The notes beneath the pieces are model-generated. The model was given only the letters and a program-made list of their open reading frames with translations, made no database searches and was not told where the DNA came from. A DNA stretch of 63,896 nucleotides, the filler included, from Welwitschia mirabilis (Eukaryota): assembly GCA_051453625.1 (NCBI GenBank). It is 6 parts of one record of this genome, joined end to end, with 100 filler letters (N's around TTAATTAATTAA, not from the genome) between each part and the next. Parts side by side here need not be neighbours in the genome. Positions count along the whole stretch, not along the records: positions 28,130 to 46,636 come from JBOZIK010000001.1; positions 46,737 to 59,511 come from JBOZIK010000001.1; 4 more parts are not named here. One strand, written 5' to 3'. Position numbers and translations under genes: made by a program. Numbering within the stretch: position 1 is the stretch's first letter; the number at the start of each line of letters is the position of its first letter. Below, piece by piece: positions 39,251 to 52,612 of the stretch.

Positions 39251-39789
39251 CTATTATGAACTAGAATATACCATGCATTTATTAATGTATTTACAACACT
39301 AAACAATACTATAAAATTAAAGCCTGCCTCAAGGATTGATCATCATGTAATTCAATTTGGAGAGACCCATCATTATCTTGAAACTCTATCATTCTATATC
39401 TATATTTTCTATTACTATGATGAGGGATTATTTCATTATGAGTTTCTTAACCTCTTTCCTTTATGAGGGATTATTTCATTATGAGTTTCCTCTTTTCTTT
39501 ATTTCTAGATATGAAGGAATGATTAATTCATAAGGTATATACCTTATCAATCCTACAAATTTACACTTGTACTAAACTGATATTTATTGTGGTATTTACA
39601 TCATTATTGAATTTACTCTCATCCATGACTGGATTTCTCTTTCCTTCCATCATTAGTACAATTATGATTATTAGTTATACAATGGTACATTTATATTTAT
39701 TATTTAGATTTATTCTTTTAATCTATTTTTATAGTTTAAATAATTGGTGTATTAGTGAAGATTACATCTTTCATGCTATCTTAAGATTA

Positions 39790-41200
39790 CAAGCATAAAT
39801 CCTATGTAATGGCCTAAGTTTTAAAAATCAAAGAAAAATGATTAGTATGAATACCTATACGATGTTAAAGCAAATAATGTCTAAATTGAGCTAGTTAAAA
39901 TACAAAAATAAGCATCTTCTTTTTTGGTAATGGTATCATTACATTGTGATAAATTCAAATTCTTCATAAATTTTAAAAAAAAACAAAAAATGACATTAAT
40001 GTTTCTTTTTAATAGTTTATTCTAAATCTAAATATTACTTTAAAATTACTAGCATCACACATTAATATATTATAATAACTCTAATCAATAATTTCAAAAT
40101 TAGCACTAAAATCAACTTTGATTTCAATGTGTCAAAGGCATTCTGACATTTAATTTAAATTTAACATTATTTTCTAATAAGTATGGATAAATTTAAATTT
40201 TATGGAACAGTTTTTAGTAAACTTTTAATAACAACTAGCATGTTTTGCAAATGATCTCAGTTACTTAATATTGGTAGGAAGTGAAACTTATTACATTATT
40301 TAACTTTAGAATGATCTATTTGAATACCTTCCTTCAAAACTACATGAACTAATACTACTCCATTTTTAAGCATGACAAACTAAATTTCAACTTATTTTTA
40401 ATATATTTATCTAAAAATTTTTGAGCATGTGTTAAAGTTTCATCAAAAGCATAACCAGATATTGAAAAATCATCCATGAAAATTGCAACAAAATAATTAA
40501 TCATATCCATGAAAATTTTCATTTTAGATATGTGGAACGTTTCTAGAGTATTGTAAAGATCAAATTTATTCTAAACACATAATTCCAATGAAGATTTAAA
40601 TGTAGTAAGAGACTAATCTTTATATGCTACATAGATTTGAGTATAGATGTTATAAACATAAAGAAAGTAATAATGCTCATGGTCACTGATTTTATCCAAA
40701 ATTTATCAATAAATGGAAGAGGAACAAACATTTGTCAAGTGTCTTAAAGAAGGTTTTTAAAATTGATACAGATTCTTCACCTGTAATTTATTTTAGGTAC
40801 CGCAATGGTAGAATTCGTCTATTGACTATCATCGATTGCATAAATGTTACTTGAATCTATTCAGTTTGTGATTTTATCTTTGATAACTTACTCTAAAGTT
40901 AGCTTTTGTCTCCTCTAGCATTTTTTAATTAGTTTACAGTTATATTAAATATAGATCTTATGTTGCACAATTCACAATGGAACTCTAGTAACATCTCTAT
41001 GTGTCCATCTAAATGCTTTTATTTTCTTCATCAAAATGTTGATGAATTTCTCTTTATATTTATTCTTCAAAAGGACAAATATGAATAACAATTTATTTAA
41101 AATTTTAGAATGTACCTTACCTTTGAAGTTAATTATTTTAATTTAAGCTCAACCAATTCCTTTTTACTTAATGTTGAGATATCATTTAAAAATCTGAATT
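39790..41200 (-). pseudogene. Gypsy RT and RNase H remnant
   Basis: NIYAIDDSQ*TNSTIAVPKINYR*RICINFKNLL*DT*QMFVPLPFIDK (40848-40700); KIFMD at ~40505; NDTITKKE RNaseH motif at ~39915-39940. Confidence 0.85.
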
Positions 41201-41249
41201 GCAAGAGAAAAGATGATTCATATCCTCTTTTTAAAGATCATCAAAATAT

Positions 41250-43100
41250 CTCCTTTAAAACTCTTAAAATTAAAGTATAACACATCATGATTTAAATCAT
41301 AGATTATAAAAGTGAAGAGTAGATACAACAGTTGAGTTTTATAAATCAACATAATTGTAGTAAAAGGATGTGGTATTATAAATATAAATTCTTTAGTTGA
41401 CTTATCTTTAAGGTGATGAATATTTAAAGTCATATAATTCTCCACTTTCTTATGCCTTTTTATAGTATCATAAACTCTTAACATCAAATTTTTCATTACT
41501 AATTGTAAACTCGTAATCTCAAATTGTATAATTCTCCACTTCCATTTGTCATTTAAAAAGAAAAATGAATTGACTTTAATTTATCTTGAAAATTTAGTCT
41601 TTTTTTATATGTTTGAACATTAAATTAATGTTACATATGAGACGTACTAAAATTTTCTAATATTCTTATTATCTTACAAGATAATTGTAACTGTTGTAGC
41701 ACTTGGATCATCATATTTTAAACTTTTTAGATTGGTCAAAGAAATTTTTGATCTATATAATAAACTCTTTCTAGGTTTTTTCTTCTTAGTTTCTTTTAAA
41801 AAGATCCCTTAATGACTTTTCATACTTTTCATTATTTTATAAAATCTTTCACAATGGTGCATTTTTAAGTTCATCATTATTCTTCTTCACTTTCTTTAAG
41901 CTTTTTGAAAATGAAAGTTAATTAGGATCATAAGTTAATTTTTCTTAGTTGGCTTATGTTATATCATCTCCTTCCATTCCTAATTCATGATGCATATCTA
42001 TGATTTGATCTTATTTTCTTGTGTTTTGTAATGTTGTTTTTATCACTATGAATAATTATTATATAATCTTTAATAGCATTAGTATTCATTTGAGAAAGAG
42101 ATGATAGTTGTCTTCTTACTTAGAATCATGGTAGATGTATTACTGTATAATTTGAAGAGTTTTACTAGTATCCTCATGTTTTTCTCTATTGAATGTATTA
42201 TACCACTATCTTCTTTGAAACTATGATATGAAAGCTCTATCAAATCTAGTTAATAAGTTTAAATAATAAGGTTTGTTATTAGTATACAATTGAGTCATAA
42301 CATACATTTCTTCTTGAACTACGTTTTTACAAAATTGAAAAGTCAAAAAACCTTCAACTAAGTAATCATTATTATCATAAATTTCACAAATAATTTTATT
42401 TTCTAGTCCTTTGCCTTCATCTAACTTAAATTTAATTAATGTTTCTGTCTTTTTTTTGAATTCTTGGGTAAGTTTGTTATGTGAGGATGTTTTACTTCCA
42501 TATTTATAAAGGGTGTTAATAAATTTTAGCTTCTTTCAATTACTTTCTAATTGTTGGAATTTCATCTTTGATCACTTACTCATGTTTCTTTTACTCTTAG
42601 AGGACTTCTAATTTACTCAAAACTTCATCAATTAGAACATTTAGGATGTATCCTGCATAAAAGAATACAACCATTTGCATAGTTAGAGGTTATAAATTTT
42701 TAATAAAGTATCTAATATGTTGCCATTTCTTAAAATGATTACAATGTATTTTGCAATATAGGATGTAAATCTTGTAAATGTGGTGATATAATCTTCATCC
42801 TTATTTTTCTTAAACTATGTAATATGCTTTATTAAGTTTTAATGTTGCTATTAATCAAATATTTATTTAAAAATAACTATTTCATTTGGATTTTTTTAAA
42901 GATATGAAATGATGGATTAACATATCCTTGCATTTTCCTACATAGCCATTTTAAATAGTATAAGAAATAACCTATCATTAATGTTTTTACTTGGGGTTAC
43001 TAGGAAAGGGTCTAAATCTAATTAAGAACTTGAAGGAATATTTCAAATCTTTCCTAATATAGTTAGGTAAATTTGAGAGGCTTTTTAGTTCTTCTTCTTC
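41250..43100 (-). pseudogene. gag and protease remnant
   Basis: gag FKKNKDEDYITTFTRF (~42765-42815); KYDDPSATTVTI protease entry at ~41685-41720. Confidence 0.65.
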
Positions 43101-43380
43101 TTTATCAAGAATATTTCAAATATTTCTTCTTCTTTGCAACATAATTTTTAAATTTTTCTCTTATTATTAATAGGATTAAGACTTTGATGGTTATTAAAAT
43201 CAATTTCTTTTTTTAATTAGATCTTCTAAAACTTGATTTTATGGAGGTTTAATCTCTAAGAAGGGTTCATTAGAAGGTCAGGAATGTGGTGTATTTAATA
43301 AAATTAAAGAGGAGGGTTTTAATTCTTGATGACAAGCATTATTAGATCATTTCTTGACTTTGTTGTTTCTTAAAGATCAA

Positions 43381-43682
43381 ATCTCTTAGTAATCAACAAT
43401 GCCTTATGTGATATTTTATCTTATGATCCTTTCTTCACTACTTTCTCTTTTTCTACTTATCATAAAAAATAATAATCGTTCCAAAAAATAAAGAAGTAAA
43501 TATAGAATATCTAATCTTCTAATAATAGTAGAACTCTTAGTAATCAATAATGTCTTGTATCATATTTTCTCTTATTATACCTTTTTTAATGCTTTTTCGT
43601 TCCTAATTATTACAAAAAATAATAATCATTTCAAAAAAAAAATGAATAAATATATAACTTCTTATCTCCTAATAATATTAAA
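43381..43682. repeat. ~151-bp tandem duplication
   Basis: ctcttagtaatcaa(c/t)aatg unit at 43383 and 43534. Confidence 0.85.
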
Positions 43683-44138
43683 CTAGACGTAAGTTTTGAA
43701 AAACAATCTTCAAGTAAGAATGTTATCTCAAAACTTAAGTAATATTTTTAATAGATTTTAAATAAATAAAATAAAAATTTATATAATGCAATAGAGGCAA
43801 TTAGATCTATACACTTATAGATATATGTCATAACCCTGACTCTTGCAAGGTTCAAGCAAATTTTATTAAACATTAACTACATTAATATTATTTGGTAAAG
43901 CTTAGAAGATACACTTACAACACTATAATACTATCTACTTATTTATTAAGCATTTCTAAAAAGACTTAAACTATAAGTTTACGTGATTAGAATACTTCTT
44001 AATTCTAGCTATTATTAAGGTTTTACAATAACATGAGCATTAAGATTTTTTTAAAAGAATTAATAACAAAATAAATTCTCCCTTTTAAGGTTTGATTTAA
44101 AGTTTTCTATTTAAATCAATTTAATTTATAAGATTACT

Positions 44139-44541
44139 TAATTAAGGGAACACATCTCTACTAAACCCACACTTGCTACTCGAAGCCATAGCTTGTAAGA
44201 GCATTTGTGGTAGTAAAAGAGTTCATGATTCCCCATTTTTAATTATGGAACTATATCTGTCTTAAACTCGTAATTACTGCTTAAACTCATAGCTTACAAG
44301 AGCATTTGTAGAAGAAAGAAGGTGATGATTCCCTATCTTTAATTAAGGAATTACATCTTTCATAAATCCTCATTTGTTGCTCGACATCGTGGCTTACAAG
44401 AGCATTTATGAAAGTAAAGGAGGTGATGATTCTCTATTTTTAATTAAGGAATTATATCTTTCATAAATCCATGTTAACTACTTGAATTTATGACTTATAA
44501 GAGTATTCACAGAAGTAAAGGAGGTGATGATTTCCTATTTT
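44139..44541. repeat. Four tandem ~101-bp units
   Basis: Units start taatta(a)ggaa at ~44139, 44240, 44340, 44441 and each contains ctt(g/a)(t/c)aagag(c/t)att and gatgatt/catgatt. Confidence 0.92.
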
Positions 44542-45754
44542 ACCATGAGTAAATTTTTAGTTGGAATTATATTTTCTTCTTATATAAGTTAATTTATTTA
44601 AAGGTTTAAACTTTTGTTACAAGTTATTTTACCCTTTCATTTTAGCTTCTAAAAGTTTAGGCACTTTTAAAAGTAGCACTAAGAGGATTCATTGGGTTTA
44701 ATTGAGGTAAAATTTCCAATTTTCATTTGTTACAAAGATTCTCTTAAAAGATAGATTATAACTTTAACATGTATTTAAATATAAATTAGAAGTCTACTAC
44801 ACTTGCATTAAATAGAGCACAACAATATATTACTTAAACTTATAAATCCTATTCTTTTAGAACTATAATATCTACATATAAAGAGCATTTTATAGTATTA
44901 AAATAAATTCTAAGATTAAACGTTTTAACTTGCTTTAGAAACACCCTAATAGAATATCATTCATTTAACATAAAATAGACCTAAATAGGAGTGTAAATCA
45001 TACAAGAAACTAAATATTATTAGTAAAAAAAACTATAACCAGACACTTAATTATTGAAAAGCTAAATAAAACTAAATTTATCATTTTTAGGATAATAACA
45101 ATTATAAAAAAATAAATTAATCAAGAAATACATTTTTATGTTACAAACTCATTACGATGTTAACATTGATACTTTTAAATAGTTTTAAAATTAATTAACC
45201 TTTACAGAAGCTAATAAGATTAAATTTTAGTACAACAGTAGTCAATAAAGAGAAGAGAAAAATTAGAAGTAAAAGGTTAATTTTTACAACACATTACAAA
45301 GCCCTACAGGCAGAGTTGAATTAAAAGAATAAATTAGAAACTTAAAAACTAAGTCCTATAAGAGAACTTTACAAGAAATAAATTCTAACCTACAATGGCA
45401 TAAATAAAAATATACAATGCATTTATAATGAAGAGACCATTAGCAACATTCCTAAATCCCTTTTCACTCTTCTAATAAGCACTCCGGAAATTTAGACACT
45501 TCTGAAAGCTATTTTAGAAGAGTTTTACAAGGTGAAGAAGCACTAAAATCATGGTTGTAACTATAAGGAAAACCTCATAGCCCTAATATTATTTCCTATT
45601 ACCCCTTTAATAAGCATTTCAAATGTTGAGGTACTTCTAAAAGCTATTTTAATTAAGTTATAGATTAAGAAAGCCTAAATACTAACAAATAAAAAAGTGT
45701 TTAAAAAAGAAAATAAGAAATTATATAGAGAAAAGTTTTTTGGGGAAGCTAAAG

Positions 45755-46300
45755 CAGGGTGTTGAGAATTTTAGCAGGAGGCTTGAGAAATTTGAGGGGA
45801 AAGGGGATTGAGAACTTCTTAGGAAGGAGTTAAGAACTTTAAGGGGAGGGCTTCAAAATCTTGGGAGGAAGGTTGAGAACTTTAGGCCTTGGTGTGAGAG
45901 GCAGGAAGGGGGGAAAGGAATTGAGAACTTTTGGATGAGGGGGATTGGGAACTTCGGGGTAAGGGGTTAAGAAATTTAGGGGGGTTTGAGAATCTTAGGA
46001 TAAGGGTTGAGAACTTTCATGGGTTGGGGCCTATAGGGGGTTGAGAAATTTTATTTTCTTTTCTATTTTTTTTTTTAATGGGAGGCAGATGGTTGAGAAC
46101 TTTAGGGTATGTGGGTTGGGAAATTTAGAGAGGAGAGGAGGGGTTAAGAACTTTAGAGTGGAGAGGTTGAGAAATTTGGAACAAGGGTAGGTTCAGAACT
46201 TTGAGGAGGGAGGGGAGAAAAGGGAAAGTTGAAAACCTTAGAGAGGAGGGATTGCGAACTTTGTAAGGAGAGGTTGAAAACTTAGAGGAAGAGAGTTAAA
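45755..46300. repeat. G-rich minisatellite, about 20 copies of GGTTGAGAACTTT plus a G/A-rich linker (~21-24 bp period)
   Basis: Directly visible. Confidence 0.92.
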
Positions 46301-46736
46301 AAAATATCAATTGACTCAAAATTTCTACTAGCTATTTATACATGTAATTTATAGCAAAAAATGATAATAAAGTAAAGAATTTCTACAAAGGATAAATGTA
46401 AGAGTTTCTAGTAAGAGCAAATGTAAGAGTTCCCATTAAACACAACATAATTGCACTATACAAATTTTTTGCAGGATTGTTTTTTTACTAGAAATAAGTC
46501 TATAAGTAAAGAAACATCATAAAATTTTCCCATAAAATAATTTTTCCAACTCTGAATAATAACATATGAGGTTTCTAGTATTTGGATGATTACAGGGCCT
46601 TAAAAATTAATAAGACAATAGTAGATTATTCCGGCCNNNNNNNNNNNNNNNNNNNNNNNNNNNNNNNNNNNNNNNNNNNNTTAATTAATTAANNNNNNNN
46701 NNNNNNNNNNNNNNNNNNNNNNNNNNNNNNNNNNNN

Positions 46737-47865
46737 AAAAAGAGAGAAAAAAACATTTTATTTCTACTTCTTTTGTTGTACAGCCTGTTACATACCTCTT
46801 TATAATGAGTTAACTTCTAAGTGACTAGGTATTTATTTAGTAGAAAAGTGCATTTTGTATAACTCTGTTGAGATTCTTAATTTAGATATTATAAAAACCT
46901 TAGGATTGATGGATAATAGCCAAGACAATATCAGTTGATAACTGATATGACATGATAGAAGCAATTGAATAGGAAGTTCATCTTAATTAAGAGATGTAAT
47001 TCCCCTTCACCTTTAGCTAAATGAATCCTTAGCATCATTTCTTAGTTACAATAATTTCTTTATTCAATTGTTAATTCACATGGTTTTATGTTAAATCACA
47101 TTCAAGTTTCATCAAAGTAGTTCTCTACTTTTGGGTGTTTATAGTTGTAAGATTAGATTTCACCCAATCTTAAGACATTCCCATGTATATGACCTCTAGT
47201 GTCTTAAGTTATTTAGTATTAGCATCAATTATGTCAAATTTGATGCTTATCTTCATCTGTGAGCTTTACAATTTACCATTCTAGTGATCAAGTAATGTTC
47301 TAAAATTAAAAGAGAATCCAAGCCTAGTGGTCAAAAAAAAAAAAAGAAAAAAAAGAAGAAAAAGAAAAAAAAGAAAGAAAGAATAAAAAATAAAAAAGTC
47401 ATAATGTTCTACCATAAGTGCATGAGGCAAATATTCCTGAAAGGAGCCTTTGGCAGTGCGATATGGTAGCTATGGGAACTTCACCATTATGTCAGTAGTC
47501 ATGATCTGGCTCAGCTTACAGATCCTTACACTCTTGGTAGTGGTTGCACTTCCCTCATTATGATGAAAGGTGTTCTTTAAACATTCCATTGGCTTGATTT
47601 TATCATGACTCTAAAGCTATGACTTCATGAGTGTTTAGAACATCTTGATCATTAGATGATAAGTTAGTAAGATCTCACTTCTTGTCATAGCCGATGATTG
47701 GATTGCGTTATAGTCTAGATACTATATTGATACTTTATGGAATAATCATAGGCATTATCATAATCATTGCTCTTATCACATGACCCTCTATGTTATTTAG
47801 CATTAAACCATTGTGTTGATAACATTAAATAATTTTATGATTCATACTAATAGACTTTGCTAGGT
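46737..47865 (+). mobile_element. Athila-like 3' UTR fragment
   Basis: 47330-47570 is the reverse-complement homologue of 23940-24190 (A-rich run followed by a conserved motif); ends near tttgctagg pre-PPT motif. Confidence 0.65.
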
Positions 47866-49579
47866 TGGCATTTAGAGGTGTAGAAATCAATCTTCTTTGT
47901 GTCCCATTTATCCATATTCACTTAATCTTTTCTTAGTATTTATGATTAATTACCTTAATGTCATTGTTGCATTTACTCTTACCTGCTTGAGGCTAATCCC
48001 ACTTTCTAGTTAACTTGTTATCTTTTGGTATTTCTCCCTTTCACTACCCCCTTTACCATCTTGCAACATGGTGAAAATCTATTTCCCAATGCCATCGCCT
48101 TTCATTTCTTTTACTTTATTTAACATTCTTCCATACCCTAGCTCTCCTTATCCATTTTCATAACTATAGTTAGATGTTCATTATCATTTCTTATCTTCCA
48201 TTTTCTACAGTTATCACTACTTCTCTTTATTAAAATATTATCATCTTATATATCACTCGTGTTATTATCCCATACTTTTCACATCCACTTATGTTGTTTA
48301 AACAAAAAAAGAAGAAGAAGAGAGAGAGCAAAATCTTAAAACAAGTACGTGATCATTTTTTACATGAGGCTCATCTTTTATCTCATGATAAAAAGGGGTA
48401 ATTATAATGGGAAATATGCACTCTTAGGCACTACCTTTATAAGACAGCACGTGGGTAGTGGAAGGCCAATGAAGGATGACACCTAAAATCAAGGAACCCA
48501 GAAATCAAAGAATAGGAGTAGTGCATAAGAGACAACACCAAAGGGGACAACCAAGAATGAAAGGGGAGTCAAATGCATAGAAGAAAGGCGAGGGGCAGAG
48601 AGGATAAGTGTAGAAAGCGTAGCAGATGCTAAAACCACTGCAAATCGAAATGGTGCTGACTATAAACTAGAAGCTAGACCAAAATAAATGATGCGAAACT
48701 AATATAAACTAAGCCAGCAAACCAAATCAAGAGCAGGGACACAATGGCGGTGAGAAAAGGTGTAGGCACAAGTGACTATAGAAAACTATTAACAAATGGT
48801 AGACATGATTGCAAGTGTGAGAGCAGCTAAGCGAAGTGAACCACATTAACAAGAANNNNNNNNNNNNNNNNNNNNNNNNNNNNNNNNNNNNNNNNNNNNN
48901 NNNNNNNNNNNNNNNNNNNNNNNNNNNNNNNNNNNNNNNNNNNNNNNNNNNNNNNGAACCACATTAACAAGAAACATGCTAATGAAGAGCACGGACATGT
49001 TTAAAAATCATAGAGGCGAAGATGCATAAGGCGATGTAGTTAAAGGGGCTACTGAGGTGAAGCGTGAGGAAGGCCAAATAGAGAATGGCCTGTGCAGCAA
49101 AAAAAGAGGTTTCTTTTTTCCCTTAAATTTTTATTTTTTTCTTTTTTTAAAAAAAAAAGAAAGAGGCCTTTAAACTTTTTTTTAAGTTATACATTTGGAA
49201 TTTAAAAAAAAGCAAAAACTTAAGAAATCTTTTTTTATAGATAAGAGTTTCCTTTTAAAGCCATTAATTAGGATTAAACTTAAGTTTACAAAAAAAATTT
49301 CTTTCTTTTTCTTTTTAATTTTAATTTTTTTTATTTTTGAAATCATATTTAAGACTTAGTCTTTTTCTAATTTAGGCATTAATTTAAATTTCTCTTAAAA
49401 CCAAAAATAAAAATCACAAAAATCCTTCTATTCTAAAAAAATGTTTTGTTGGATTTTAGTAATTTATTAAGTCCTAAACTTCTTTTTTAAAACTCATTTT
49501 TATGCATTTAAGTTTTTACTATATGTAAAACTTCTTAAATATAAAATAAATTATAAGGAAATGTTACAATGCTAGGGCC

Positions 49580-49860
49580 AAGTTTTCAAACTCTATCAGA
49601 ATAAAATCAGTCAACAACTTTAAAACCTAGTCAAACCAAATTAATTCGCTTCTATCAATAAAATAGTCAAACTTAGTTAAAATTAGTCAAACCTAGTTAA
49701 ATTCAATCAACTTAGTCACACAGTTAAAATTAGTCAAAATAAGTTAAATGATGTTAGTTAAAATGAGTCCAAATTAGTCAACTAGAGTTAAACATAGTTA
49801 AAGTTGGTCAACTCCAGTAAAACTAGGTCAAGTCATTAGGTTTAGCTTAAAATTATTCAA
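49580..49860. repeat. Degenerate ~10-bp minisatellite (TTAGTCAAA / TAGTTAAA)
   Basis: Many copies, e.g. aacttagttaaaattagtcaaacctagttaaa. Confidence 0.8.
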
Positions 49861-52592
49861 ATCACCTTAAAACCACAATGTCACCTATCACTGCATAATA
49901 TTAAAACTAATCCATCATCTATGGGAACAAAAAAAATCTCATAAACATCAGGCAATTTTAAGATAATACGCGTAGGTTTAATTCTATTTTCCAAATCAAG
50001 TCATTTACAAATATGAAAAGGAATGATATTAAAACTTGCTCCTATATCAATTAATGCTTTTCTAATTTTTTAATTTTCTTTCAAAGTGATACTAACCATT
50101 ACTACCTCAAGATCTTTAAATTTTAGATCTTTTTGCAAAACTAAGTTGGATATGGATTAAGTAAGAAAGACTTCACTAGATATGATTTGTTTTTGTTTCC
50201 TCCTAACTAGGTCTTTCCACAACTTAGAATATTTAGGGTTTTCTTGCATGATTTTATAAAAAGATAGATTTATGCTTATATCTTTTATTAAGGGTTTTAT
50301 ATAATCATCAAACGTAGGATAAGTGTTTAATCTATTAATCTAAGGGGTAATAGGTTTTTTCCCTTTATTATCTTGTGAAGAATTTTTCATGGTAAGCTTA
50401 TCATTTAAAAGAGAAGGGAAGTTCTGTTTTTCAAAAATTTCTACATCATCTTATTCTTCATCATTTTTCTTATTAGTTTTGAAAGTTAAAGCCTGATAAA
50501 TAAGAGGTGTTGTGTCATTTTCAAATCTTGTTACAACTTTTTAATCTTTCTTAACTTTATTAGGGTTTCATAAAGGTTGAATTGCAAGTGTCATTTGTGG
50601 TGTTTGATTTGCTAACATAGTTTCTTAAAGAACACTTACTAAATTTTCAATGTTTTTGCTTTGATTATCAATGGATGCATTTATTCTTTCTTGTATTTTT
50701 CTTCTATCTTATATTGAATCTTTGATTAAATCATTTTAATTTTGTTAAAAATCTAAAGTGCTTCCTTGAAAATTGAAGATACTTAGTTGAAGTTTGATTT
50801 TGATTGAAAATTTAAATTTTTAAATTTATTTTTAAATGGTTGAAAATTTGAAGGACTTGTTTGAAAGCTTCAGCTTTAAATTTATTTTCAAAAGGTTGAA
50901 AGTTTGATTGACTACTCATTCTAGGTTGATATTGATTTTGATCTATAAAGTTTAAAGGCTTTTGATTAAAAGCATACACCTCTTCATATATTTTTTCTTT
51001 ATAATTTGGTAAAAAAGGACATTTGTTTATTACATGATAGTTGTTCTCACATGGGTCACATGTTGATGTTTCATTTTTTTTACTTGCCACTTTTGCATCT
51101 AAAATTATTTGAGTGTATTTTTCTAAAGACATAATGAAGTCCTTGATTATATTTATTGGTTTATGTTGTACTTTCTCCTTTTCTTATAATACTTCTTTAA
51201 GATCTTTTATCATTTATCCTATGATAGGATTATCACTAGCAGTTGGTTTTGACCAAGTTTAATTAATTTTCATAAGATCTTTTAGCAATGTTCATTCATT
51301 TTCTGAATTTAAGTTCATTAAGTTTCCACCACAAGAAGAGTTTATAAGTTATTTGGTTTGATTGTTTAATCCACTATAAAAATGATCTATTATATCTTCT
51401 TTACAAAACTCATCAACTAGATTAGAATGAATTGCTATAATAAATTTTTCATATGTTGTGGCATAATGTTCATTAGGCTATTATTAGAAACTTATTACTT
51501 CTTTTCTCCTTTTTCTCATTATGCTCTCACTCACAAATCATTTTATAAAAGCATCTTGTACTTGACTCCGGGTTTTAAGACTTTTATGAGGAAGGGTTTG
51601 AGACAAAGTTTTACTTTTTTTCTTAGTGTGATAGGAAAAATGATCATGTAGGTTCTATCACTAATTTATTTTTTTCCCATCTCTTGAAGTAATAACTAAT
51701 TATCCTATGTTAGCTATATGCTGAAAAGGATCTACATGAGATTCTCTGAAAAATAAAAGATATGCACTTAAATTTATTAGCTTGACATTATCACTAGGAG
51801 GTAGGCCAAAAGGATTTTGGATTTCACACTTTCTATATGTAGTTAATTCTGATTGGAATTTGTATTTATTTTTGCATTGGATATTTCTATCATGATAGTA
51901 GTCTTGGAAGATGATACTTATTTTTGGTAGTGCAATGAATTTAACATTAAAATAAAAATTTTTATTTCAAGATTTTTGTTTGCATAACTTTCTTGTGAAA
52001 AATCAGATTCTAAAATAGTAATTCTAGTAAATATTCTTGTTCAAATCTTAAAAATTTCTTACTACCTAAGGTGTGCATAGTTGTATTTAGTTCATAGTCA
52101 ACTAATCCTTCTTTGATGTTTTCTTTAATTAGCATCTGCTCTCTTTGATACTTTGTCCTTTTACCTGAATTTACCATGTCCTAGTAGGCTTAGTATTATT
52201 TTTGCAAGCATTGTCTTTAAATTTATCCAGATGATATACCTAGATGATAATGCATACCAAAAAAACCCAAAAATCAAATACACAAAAAAATAGAATTACA
52301 AAAGAATGAACAGAAAAAAAACTAATAGTTGTCCACCTGAGTCATTTAGATGATAGAGGAGATGATACAAAAATCTTAGTTTTTATAAAAAAGAAAAACC
52401 CTAATTTTATTAATTGTTATCTACTGCACATCATTTAGATGATAATGGGATGACTATGCATTATTAGTAAAATGAAAGTTCAAAAAAATGTGGAAAGAAA
52501 AGCCTATGTTTCTGTTATAAAAATAAAACACCTAAATTAAATTCTAAACTATATATTTGAGCATTAATAATCCTTGAACTCCTTATGTCCTT

Positions 52593-52612
52593 TCCCAAAC
52601 ATGGTGCTACAA
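52593..52612 (-). promoter_or_regulatory. Decayed primer binding site
   Basis: Minus strand ttgtagcaccatgtttggga directly after the LTR end, comparable to the Athila PBS TGGCGCCGTTGCCGGGGA with mainly G>A/C>T changes. Confidence 0.6.

Larger units (their letters stand above)
36030..46636 (-). mobile_element. Divergent non-chromovirus Ty3/gypsy element: long repeat-rich 5' region, gag, PR, RT, RH, INT and an extra ORF remnant
   Basis: All pol domains recognisable in gypsy order on the minus strand; LTR boundaries not identified; right end is a scaffold join. Confidence 0.8.

Noticed and set aside
36030..43400. Endogenous caulimovirus
   Set aside because: A clear gypsy integrase core is present and no movement protein motif was found
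45755..46300. CRISPR-like repeat/spacer appearance
   Set aside because: Repeats are short and degenerate, linkers are ~10-bp low-complexity G-tracts, there are no cas genes and the context is eukaryotic
47400..47480. Hammerhead ribozyme/retrozyme
   Set aside because: CTGA and GAAA overlap in one loop; there is no CUGANGA...GAAA three-way junction in either copy
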